Assembly (NCBI GenBank): GCA_012862495.1
Contig: BLSG01000375.1
Location: forward strand, 1 to 64,000
DNA length: 64,000 nucleotides
From: Thraustochytrium aureum
Taxonomy: Eukaryota
Direction of reading: 5' to 3'
Positions 1 to 9,289 of the stretch are shown piece after piece. The notes under the pieces are model-generated. The model worked only from the letters and a program-made list of their open reading frames with translations, was not told where the DNA came from and did not search any database. How positions within the stretch are numbered: the stretch's first letter is position 1; every line of letters begins with the position of its first letter. The translations under genes were made by a program, and so were the position numbers.

Positions 1-406
1 CTGCGGACTGGTGTGCGGGGGGGGGAACTGGCTCTGGTCTCGCCCGCACGCGCCGGATGGCAAACCAGGAGGGAGGGGCTTGCGCGGCGCGCAAACCACA
101 TGCCTGACTGGCGGCAGCAAGGAAGCCCCCCCCTTTCAAGTGAAGGCCAGAACTGCGAACCCCTTCACTCTCGTCGCCCGCCAGCAATAGATGCCGTTCG
201 GTTACCTACTGCGAGTTCGTAGAAACTGCCATTCGTTGAGAGCTCCACGCTTGATGCAAGCAGGATCCATCCTCCTTGCTTGATGGAAAGGTAGGGTACT
301 TCGAGGTTGAGCTAGAGCTAGTTGAGCTTCGGGTAGCTTTAGTTGCCCGCTTTACTTGCTCCCGGGCTGCCCGTTCTCGTGCCTGCGCTTGTTGCGCTGC
401 ACGACG

Positions 407-2293
407 ATGAGCAAATCCTTATCACACAGCGCGATCGCCGCGAAGCCACCGTCCCGTCCCGAGAGCAGCGCGAGCTCGGCCTTGAGAATGCAAGCTGTCT
501 CAGTCGCCAACCCCCGTTTTGCTGGCAAGCCCAGCAACCATGACGAAGAGGCCAACTTGCCCCCGCGCAAAAACAAGCGACTGCGAGGCTTGGCGCTCGC
601 AGGGCTGGCCATCGCAGCAGTCGCAGGCACAGCTATTGGCGTCGTATTCACGTCACCAACTACCGAGGCTGAGGCGACGCCCGGAGCGACAACCTCGTCG
701 GACGAGGTGCCAACGCGCGAGCAGATCCTTGAGCAGCTCGGCAGCGGGCTTGTTTTCTCGGATCGCGACGCATACTTTCAAATCGCTTCCGGAGCCGGAC
801 TCGAGGTGCAAGTGAGCAAAGCGACGTGCGACCTCATCTCAATTAAAATGAACGGTGTCGAGATGCAAAGCACGACCGAGCGCAAGTACTCGCACATCAG
901 ATCTGGCCTGGGGGCGCGCGCCAGCGCCGAGACTGACTTTCGCACGTTCGCCAAGGTGACCTGCCAGCGTGGGCCAGTGACGCACTACATGGTCTTTGTC
1001 GGGTCGAAAAACGACATCATCATGGCCACACACGCCGAGAGCATAGACTACTCTGAGCTCCGCTTCCTGCTGCGCCTGAAACCGGACGTGATCGACACTT
1101 GTCCAGCTGGCAATGACATCCGCGGCGCAAGGGTCATTGAGGGGAGCGACGTCTTTGCGCACCCGAACGGTCAAACGGCCTGCAAGTACTACAACACGCG
1201 CCGCCACGTTGACTCGCAGGTCTTCGGCACGCGCTCGCAGCGCTACGGATTCGGAGTCTACTTTGCCGTTTCTCGAAGCGGCTTGGAGACCGGAGTGGGC
1301 GGCCCTTTCTTTCGCGACATTGAGCAGCAGTGCACCTCTGGCAGGCACGAAATGTCGCTCTACTTGAATAGCGACCACCTCCGCACCGAAGAGTACAGGG
1401 TTGGTTTGCATGGACCGTACGCGGTGAGCTTTACCGCGAATGGGGGCCCGCCCGACATTCGCAAGATCGATTTTGGCGTGATGGCGGCTATGAACATCAA
1501 GGGCTACGTGCCGGACTGGGAGCGGGGCTATTTCCACGGCCGCTTAATCATGTCAGAGTACAACCGCCGCTTTGAGCACACTGTGGGCTGGCGCAACGCA
1601 CAGGCGCAGTACTGGACCAAGGTCGCGAGCAACGAGCTCTACTCTGGGCCGCTCATGAAGCCCGGCACGTACGAGATGACTCTCTACCGCGGTGAGTGGG
1701 CCGTCCGAACCGAGACGGTCACAGTCGGCAAAGCCGCCATTCGCCGCAACTTGCGCAGCGAGCACGAGCTCGCCCCGGCCATCTTTCGCATCGGCGAGCT
1801 CGACGGGACCCCGCTCGAGTTCTGGAACGGAGATCGAATCCAGTTCATGCACCCAACCGACGTGCGGATGGGCAGCTTTTCGCGACCGCCGTTCGTCGTG
1901 GGCCGGGACTCGGCGCGCTCCTTCCCAATGGCGCAGGTGAAGACCGAGCAGACAGCGACGCGCATTGAATTTGATCTTACGCCTGAACAAGCCTCGCGCG
2001 GGCACCGCTTTGTGATCCACACGACGCATTCGCACCTCGGCGCGCGCCCGCAGCCGGTCGTCAATGACGGCCGCTGGTCTGCGCCGATTCCCACGGCTCC
2101 AGCACGGATCAATTCACGGAGCTTCACGCGCGGGACATGGAGGGGAAACAACATGATGTTTGCCTTCGACATCCCCGCTTCCAGTCTCGACGCGGGGCGC
2201 AACTTTATCGACATTCATGTCGTTAGCGGCTCCTCCGGTGCGGGGTTTCTCAACCCACTCATTATCTACGACTTTATCGAGCTCTTTGCTTGA
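407..2293 (+). CDS. Rhamnogalacturonan lyase, polysaccharide lyase family 4 (RhgB/RglA-like), with N-terminal type II membrane anchor
   Basis: Intronless ORF from ATG 407. Motifs SHIRSGLG, GSDVF, TACKYY, GGPFFRDI, YLNSDHLRTEEYRVGLHGPY, NAQAQYW, MKPGTYEMTLY, RIGELDGTP, MHPTDVRM, RGTWRGNN and SGSSGAGFLNP..IYD follow the PL4 three-domain layout. Hydrophobic GLALAGLAIAAVAGTAIGVVF follows a basic KNKRLR patch. Confidence 0.9.
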   Translation: MSKSLSHSAIAAKPPSRPESSASSALRMQAVSVANPRFAGKPSNHDEEANLPPRKNKRLRGLALAGLAIAAVAGTAIGVVFTSPTTEAEATPGATTSSDEVPTREQILEQLGSGLVFSDRDAYFQIASGAGLEVQVSKATCDLISIKMNGVEMQSTTERKYSHIRSGLGARASAETDFRTFAKVTCQRGPVTHYMVFVGSKNDIIMATHAESIDYSELRFLLRLKPDVIDTCPAGNDIRGARVIEGSDVFAHPNGQTACKYYNTRRHVDSQVFGTRSQRYGFGVYFAVSRSGLETGVGGPFFRDIEQQCTSGRHEMSLYLNSDHLRTEEYRVGLHGPYAVSFTANGGPPDIRKIDFGVMAAMNIKGYVPDWERGYFHGRLIMSEYNRRFEHTVGWRNAQAQYWTKVASNELYSGPLMKPGTYEMTLYRGEWAVRTETVTVGKAAIRRNLRSEHELAPAIFRIGELDGTPLEFWNGDRIQFMHPTDVRMGSFSRPPFVVGRDSARSFPMAQVKTEQTATRIEFDLTPEQASRGHRFVIHTTHSHLGARPQPVVNDGRWSAPIPTAPARINSRSFTRGTWRGNNMMFAFDIPASSLDAGRNFIDIHVVSGSSGAGFLNPLIIYDFIELFA

Positions 2294-3147
2294 TCATTCC
2301 AGAAGAACTCGCCGCAGGTCGCAAGCCTCCATGGGTAAGTCTAAAAGAAAAAAGGAAGCCTGCCGTTTGAAATCAAAGACCTTCCTACCCTTCGTGCTCG
2401 ATGCTACAGTTGCATGGGGCGCGCAGGTCCGGCTGCTCCACGAAGAAGTTGCTTGGGGCAACTATTTCGATCCGGCTGAGGATTTGGCCTATCTATGGTC
2501 AACAAGACGTTTCGTGTCACCATCGCAAGGCCATTTTCCGTCATGCGCTTCGCCATCTTCAGACTTTTGGTTGTTAGTCTGGTTCCTTTGGGGCTGGTCT
2601 GCGGGCTCTTCAGCACGCGGCCTCCGTCGCGCGCAGAGGTGCTCGTCACTGGCTGCAGAAGGAGGCAGCCGAACGCGTAGACTGTCACGCAGTGGATCAT
2701 CCAAATTCTCAAATTCTCAAGGCCCAGAACCCTCTTCAGGCAGGAGCGGGTTCACGTCTTGTCAACGGAGGAGGGATACTCTAGACGCAGCACTTTGCGT
2801 GTTCATCGAGTCGCGGCCCATGTCGAGATCTAGCGGGAAATTATGAGCTGCCCCATCAGGGAACGAATTCTCTCATAGCAAGGCTGAGATCAGTGTCTTC
2901 CAGGCTTTTCACCTCATGCCTCGTGATGAAGGGCCCAAGAAAAGCAGAGTCCTGAGATCCACCATCAACAACCAACTCCCTGGATCCGCGAGCGCGAAAA
3001 AAGGCCCATCTTTGGCGCGAGTGACGCATCATGCCTCCTGCCGACCTGCACCAGACTCTAATCTCAAAGTGTCGGCTCCATCCTCTTTACGCCCTGGTTC
3101 AGCATTTCGAGTTCCCTCTTCTCCAAGACATCTACACGATTGCTAGC

Positions 3148-4215
3148 TCAGTCTCTGTCTTCGGCAGCGACCCGCCAAGTTGAAGCTCTTTCGCCTCGGC
3201 GCGCGAGCAAGACTCTGCGTTGCGTCAATGCTCCTTTTTTTCGCGTAAAAGAGGCAATGACTCGTGTCCGCCAAATACGCAACGAGGAGGAACGCTGGGC
3301 TGCCCCACTCGATGTCCAACGCTGCGTGGCGATTCTCGTCGCTGTAGGGCTGCCAGCCCCATCGTTCCGGGGTACCGTACTCGTCGTCAAACTGAAACGA
3401 GAATGGCTGCGTTTCCAACAACACGCGCAAAGTCCAATATGGCCTCGCACTTGCACAGGCGGCACAGCGGCACACGACGCGACCAGGGCCCCTCTACCAG
3501 GAAAAACGGGAGCCGCCCGCGCACTCCACACACCTGGCAGGAACGAGGAGCCCCGCTGGACCGGGCTTCTTTTGCTTGCACAGCGCTGAGAGCAGAGCAC
3601 TCGCGTTTCGCCAAACTTGCCATGGCCGACTCGGCCGTCCGGGACTTGCAATGACTGGCTTGACCCGGCTAGGTCCAAAAACAACTCTTGCGAGCCGTCA
3701 AGAGCAGCGACGCACTCGCCGCACCAGCACGCATAGCCTTCAGGCTCCTCCATGTCGAATGCTGTCTCCTCGGCGCCGCCGACAATGCGGCCGACCAACT
3801 CGCCCAGGACAACGCCCGCAAGGTCGGTGTGGTCGTTCACAACTGATCCGCCCTCGCCCTCGTGGAAAAACCCGCCCTCTCCGGCCGCAAGCTCGCGTAA
3901 AGTCCGGTTGATCACGCTAGTCGGCGTCCCGAACCGGTAGAGCAGCTCGCGCGTCTCTAGAGTCCAGCGAAAGTCAGAGTCGGCAAGCAGCGCACGGACC
4001 GCGCTGTTCACCGCCTTGCTCGTCAGGAGGAGCGCGCGCACTTCAGCCAACCCCACCAGGCTCGCGCGTACTCCGCGGGCCCCATGTCCAGCGCGTGGCT
4101 CCGCAAGCCCCAGCTCCACCCACCGTTCCACCAACAGCGACTCGCGCCCGGCAGTTTTCGTCGCGCTCAACGCGCCAAACTCGGTTTCCACGCACGCTCG
4201 CTTTGGCGAGGCCAT
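3148..4215 (-). CDS. Hypothetical protein, frameshifted; weak F-box-like N-terminal segment and CxxC...CxxC motif
   Basis: Protein-like segments in successive frames (MASPKR..., ...RSCQVCG...LCRLCK..., ...LETQPFSFQFDDEYG...) can be joined by 2-3 single-base shifts. Confidence 0.4.
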   Translation of the reverse strand: MASPKRACVETEFGALSATKTAGRESLLVERWVELGLAEPRAGHGARGVRASLVGLAEVRALLLTSKAVNSAVRALLADSDFRWTLETRELLYRFGTPTSVINRTLRELAAGEGGFFHEGEGGSVVNDHTDLAGVVLGELVGRIVGGAEETAFDMEEPEGYACWCGECVAALDGSQELFLDLAGSSQSLQVPDGRVGHGKFGETRVLCSQRCASKRSPVQRGSSFLPGVWSARAAPVFPGRGALVASCAAVPPVQVRGHIGLCACCWKRSHSRFSLTTSTVPRNDGAGSPTATRIATQRWTSSGAAQRSSSLRIWRTRVIASFTRKKGALTQRRVLLARRGERASTWRVAAEDRD

Positions 4216-5044
4216 CGGCCCAGCCAGCCAAAGCACACCAGCACCAGCACCGAGCAGCACTACCTCAAGCTAGAACTAGCTCTGGGGCTCTCGTAGGGCT
4301 CGCTAGAGCAGCGCAACGAGCGGCCACGGTCTTGGCCCTGGTCGCGAGTGCCTCGTGCGTGCGTGCGCGTGTGCTTCACACTACCTGCAGAGCACAAGGA
4401 AGCCTTCGATTTGTGACGCCCTCGCGCTCGCGTCCGAGCACTTGAAATCTGTCATGGCAGAGCGAGAGGCCAGCGGAAGCGCCACTGACTGGCGGCAAGT
4501 GCGCGCCCCGGCGCGTTGAGGAATGCAGCTTGAGCAAGTGCTCATGCTACTCTACGTACAGTACTCACTCCTGCTCTCTGTGGAGGCGAGTGCGAGGACC
4601 GTCCTTTCCGCCACAGCTCTTTTGACCTTGACAGAGAAAAAACGCCACGCTTCCCACGCTGATCAGCGGCCGAGCAGCACCACGAGACTTGGGGCTGCCA
4701 GCGGAGAAGCGCCCGAAGCAACAGGTCCTCGTTGAGCAGGCGCCCGGCTGACGCTGACCTTTTCTACGTCGCGCATGGAGCCAGGAAATGGATTTTTCTC
4801 TCTACTAGCTCCAGAGACAAACGCAAGGCAGCCATGCAGGTGCCCCGGCAAGCGGCTTCGCCCTGGGGAAAGCGGCGCGCGAAGGCTATCGGAGCTGCTG
4901 CATGGCGAGCGAAGCGATCAGGGATGCGACGCAAAACGAAAACTGTTTGGTGTCCGTCGTGAGCAAAGCTGTTCTCCCCGCCCTTTGTAGAGTGAAACGA
5001 AAACGCCACACAGGTCAGAGAACGCCATTGCGCCCGCGGCCGCC

Positions 5045-5341
5045 TTACTCCTTGTCGTCTCCGTCGTTGGTCGCATTGGCGCCCTCTGCAGCTTTCGCAA
5101 CGTCCTTGACGGACATCGTCCCGGCCCCGTTCCTGGCCAGGTCGTCCTTCTTCGCGGTCACCGCTGCAATTTGCGCCCCAAGCTGCGCTGTCGCAAAGCC
5201 GGGCGAGACGCCCGCTGAGCCAGCCATCTTCTTCATGCGCTCCGACACGTTTTCCTTGCGCCGCGCAGCCTCGGCCTCGGCCTCCGCGCGCCGCAACTTG
5301 ATCTCGGCCTCCACCTTGTCCGTGTACGTAACGTCGCCCAT
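5045..5341 (-). CDS. Small 98-aa hydrophilic hypothetical protein with a charged helical N-terminus
   Basis: ATG-to-TAA ORF with strong G/C third-position bias like the recognisable genes. No family recognised. Confidence 0.6.
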   Translation of the reverse strand: MGDVTYTDKVEAEIKLRRAEAEAEAARRKENVSERMKKMAGSAGVSPGFATAQLGAQIAAVTAKKDDLARNGAGTMSVKDVAKAAEGANATNDGDDKE

Positions 5342-6020
5342 GTTGCTTGGGCGTGCTGGTAGACGAGCAGGCTGCTCCGTTCTTCACAGTGCTTGCAGGG
5401 TACTCCGGAGCACTCTATCCCGGCACGGGAGCGCGCGACGTTGTGACAATGGCTTCCTGCGTTGCCGCAGCGCGAGTCTCGACCGGCACTACCCATGAAC
5501 AACGACGCGCGCTCGTCGAAGAAGCAGGAAAAAAGTTCAAAAAAGCCATCATCATGATGCAAGCCAATGCCAGCCAGTGTTGACTGATTTCAATCAATCA
5601 AGAGAAACCAGAATCAGCTGTTTCACGAGTGTCCGTGTGCGCCCCCAGCGCAGGCCGTGGACGAGGCACCAACGTGCTCGATCGTCGTCGGAGGGGATCG
5701 CTCGCTCAGCAGCTAGCTAGCTAGAGAGAGCTGCCTGGCGCGCTGGCTGGCTCGATGGATTCGTGCAAGTACCAGTGTCCCTCTCTCTCCGTCGACTCTT
5801 GCCCTCGGTGTATCCTCAGGAAGAAGATCGAAAGGCTGCCGCCGAACAGAGCATTGACAGACACCGAACGACGACACACTGACCAGGCCGGCAAGACAGG
5901 CGGACAGGCAGACAGGCGGGCAGGCAGACGGGCAGCAGCAGAGGCGGACGGACGGGCGGAAGCGCAGTCGCTGTGGAGGTTGGCTGGCAGCGGGCGTGAG
6001 AGTCTGTGTGGGGCACGAGG

Positions 6021-6964
6021 ATGATTGACAAAGGCGCCCAACCACTCCACGAAGAGGATAGTGAGGCGGTCAGCACCGACCAGGCGTACGCGCAGGCGGT
6101 GCCCATCCCCTCGGACGGTGCCGGAGCGGACCAGTACGGCGGAGGCGCTGGCTACAATGAAGGGAACGAGGACGGCGAGCGCGGCAACGCGAGCGAGACT
6201 GGTGCGCTGTCTGGCAACAAGAAGCTGACCGTGGACGAGGCGCAAAAGTTTGTGTTTAGCAACGGCGGGTTCCCCTTGCTCGTCTTCCTCGCCTCGGTGG
6301 TCGTCATGATCGCGGCATCCTCGAGCTGCAGCAAGACCAACCAGTGTAGCGGCCAGTTCGGGTATGCGGTGGCCGTCGGTGTCATCTCCATCGTCATCTC
6401 CGGCGCCTACCTCTTCCTGGAAAAGAGGAAAACCTAGAGCCAAAGGTGCGCCTTGCTCTGACCGTGGTCCTCTTTCTCTGGTGGGTCATTGCCGCTGGGG
6501 TTCTCACCTTCTCGGTCGTATCCCCTTTCTACATCCCTGGAAACGGGTACTTTGCCACCTGGGGCGGTCTGGTCGGCACGCTCTACATGCTCATGAACGA
6601 GGTCGGCAAAGTCCGCGAAGCGCTCGACCGCTTTTCGCGCATCGCGCACGCGATGGGCGCCCTCCTTGTCGGCTCGCTCGTTGTCATGTTCGCCGGCGCT
6701 GGTGTCTGCTCCAGCTTTTGCTCTGGGCTCGACGCGTACGCCATCGCCGCTGGCTGCATCTCCTTTGTCCTTGCGGCTGTGCGCGTCGGCCTGGACTCGA
6801 AGATCACCGACAACGTTGCCAAGCTGTTCAACCTGTTCATGATCGTCTTTTGGCTCATCAACTTTATCATCCTCACTTTTGTCGGGCCGTTCCTGTCAGT
6901 GAGCAACGGGTACTTTGGCACCTGGGCCTGCCTGGTGGCCTCCATTCTGCTTTTCAACCATTAG
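6021..6964 (+). CDS. Multi-pass membrane protein with two internal repeats (MARVEL-like 4TM units ending PF...NGYFxTW); one frameshift near 6425
   Basis: ORFs 6006-6437 and 6446-6964 join if one base is restored (FLEK-EENLEPKVRLAL). About 8 hydrophobic segments. Repeated motifs PFYIPGNGYFATW / PFLSVSNGYFGTW and C..C....YA(V/I)A.G.IS. Confidence 0.75.
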
Positions 6965-7398
6965 ATAGAAGCTAACTGCAGGGCTGCCTCTTGCTCTACT
7001 ACTGGAGCTCGAGCTCGAGCGCTAGCTGGAGATAGCTCTCTCTCTCTAGAGAGAGCTAGAGAGGCAACAGGATGCGCGCGCTAAGCGCGCGCAACCTGTC
7101 TGCAAGCCTTTCGCAATCCTAAATCGTTGAACACCAAGACTCGTTGCGGAGGCGTGCGTGAGTGGCTTTCAACTTGCAACACGCCTTTCGCAATACCAAA
7201 GCCATCCTAACGAAAGTTATCTTGTGATCGCTTCAGAACGACAGGCACGCATCATCGCTCTCGCTTCTACCTCAAGCATCCAAGCGGGCCCCCGCTCTAC
7301 GCAACCAGGCGTTCAAGGCGACCAAGACGACCGGCATGTGAGCCCGTCAAAGGCAAGCACAATGGCATCGAGGCGAACCCTCGCTCTATCTACTCGCT

Positions 7399-7666
7399 CT
7401 ACTCGATCACGGCGTTCGAGGCGACCAAGACGACCAGCGTGAGCCCGTAGAGCGAGGCAAGCACGATGGCATCCAGGCTCGTTAACGCAGGCTTACGCAT
7501 CGATGCGATGTGGCTGTGAGGGTGCACATGCCGAAAGCAAAGCGCGATGAAAATAAGCACCAAGAGGAACAGCAGCACGCCCGTCAGAGTAAGGCCCTTC
7601 CCGCCTTGGTTGGCGTGCATATCGATCATTATGTCCTTGCCCTGCACAATGTTGTACAGCAAAAAA
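7399..7666 (-). CDS. Possible 3' end of a membrane-protein gene whose 5' part lies in the N-gap
   Basis: Open frame FLLYNIVQGKD...LTGVLLFLLVLIFIALCF...IVLASLYGLTLVVLVASNAVIE* with two hydrophobic helices. Confidence 0.35.
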
Positions 7667-8373
7667 NNNNNNNNNNNNNNNNNNNNNNNNNNNNNNNNNN
7701 NNNNNNNNNNNNNNNNNNNNNNNNNNNNNNNNNNNNNNNNNNNNNNNNNNNNNNNNNNNNNNNNNNNNNNNNNNNNNNNNNNNNNNNNNNNNNNNNNNNN
7801 NNNNNNNNNNNNNNNNNNNNNNNNNNNNNNNNNNNNNNNNNNNNNNNNNNNNNNNNNNNNNNNNNNNNNNNNNNNNNNNNNNNNNNNNNNNNNNNNNNNN
7901 NNNNNNNNNNNNNNNNNNNNNNNNNNNNNNNNNNNNNNNNNNNNNNNNNNNNNNNNNNNNNNNNNNNNNNNNNNNNNNNNNNNNNNNNNNNNNNNNNNNN
8001 NNNNNNNNNNNNNNNNNNNNNNNNNNNNNNNNNNNNNNNNNNNNNNNNNNNNNNNNNNNNNNNNNNNNNNNNNNNNNNNNNNNNNNNNNNNNNNNNNNNN
8101 NNNNNNNNNNNNNNNNNNNNNNNNNNNNNNNNNNNNNNNNNNNNNNNNNNNNNNNNNNNNNNNNNNNNNNNNNNNNNNNNNNNNNNNNNNNNNNNNNNNN
8201 NNNNNNNNNNNNNNNNNNNNNNNNNNNNNNNNNNNNNNNNNNNNNNNNNNNNNNNNAGGACCACTGCCCAGGTCGCCAAGTTGCGCGTCAGGGCGCCGAC
8301 CGAGCCCCGCATTTCCCCGCCCCGGCCGCGCGCCCGTGCGCCCCGGCGCGCCTCGCACTACTTTTGGCGCTGG

Positions 8374-8374
<1 letters not shown>

Positions 8375-8404
<30 letters not shown>

Positions 8405-8427
8405 ACTCGTGCTGCTGCTGCTGCTGC
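8375..8427. repeat. (GCT)n microsatellite, interrupted
   Basis: Directly visible. Confidence 0.9.
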
Positions 8428-8527
8428 GTGTTCGCTGGCGCCTCGATCGCGTTCGCGCTCTGCCTGCCCGCCCGGCCCACGAACAAACCAAACATTGAGG
8501 CCTCTCATCAGCGCAGCTTCCTTCTAC

Positions 8528-8736
8528 AAAGCTACTAGCTTTACGACCAAAGCTACTAGCTTTATAATTGAAAGAGAGCTACTAGCTCCGGAAAGCGCCT
8601 GAGCTCCTGCGTAAAGCTGCTCTCTTGAGCCGCCGCTGGAGACTTGACCAGCTTCAACAAAGCCGCTAGCTTTATTTTAAAGCTACTAGCTTTTATTACA
8701 AAGCTAGCAGCATTGCTCGCGGAGCTACTAGCTTCC
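8528..8736. repeat. Array of about 7 palindromic AAAGCTA-C-TAGCTTT units
   Basis: Perfect copies at 8528, 8549 and 8679; variants at 8576, 8659, 8701 and 8721. Confidence 0.85.
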
Positions 8737-9289
8737 TTTCGAGCCCTCACAGGCCTCTCCGCCTTCCTTTCAAGGGGCAGCGCATTCAGGTGACCGCCCT
8801 GCACACAGTGGAATCGCGTTTTTTTGGTTCAATGGGGATCCGAGTGGCACGAGGCGCTTGTGGAGGCGGCAGAGCAAGGAGACGACACAGCACAGCACCG
8901 AGCGAGTCGCCGGCGCGGCGCGCACCGCTGCTGAGATCGGCGCCTCTCGGGCGTCTGCGGCGCCCAGGCAGCGGGCGAGCCCGCCGTTCTTTCCAGGTTT
9001 GGACTCGCGGAGCTCGGAAGGGATCCCTCCCTCGTCTTGATCCCTTCCACCTCCGCGGCGCGTCGTGAGGGGCGAGCCCGGACGACACGAGGCGCGCTGG
9101 TTGGCGGGCAGGGCACAAGGGGAGATGGAAGGGTTTTGAGCAGCTCGGGCCGCTCACGCCCTCGCCCCCTTCGGCGGTCGAGATGGCCGACTTTGGCTTC
9201 GAGTTCACGGACGACGACGACGACGACGACGACCTCTTCGCTGGAAGGCCACCAACCCCCCTGGGACGAGCCCCGGAGGTTGGGATGAT

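Noticed and set aside
7510..8602. ORFs with poly-Cys/poly-Ala spanning the N-gap
   Set aside because: They arise from reading through Ns and a (GCT)n microsatellite. The same applies to the other X-filled ORFs.
8528..8736. CRISPR-like array interpretation of the palindromic repeats (also considered for 14.6, 43.2 and 48.7 kb)
   Set aside because: The repeats are 15 bp with spacers of only a few bases, or are plain tandem duplications. No cas genes are present and the context is eukaryotic.
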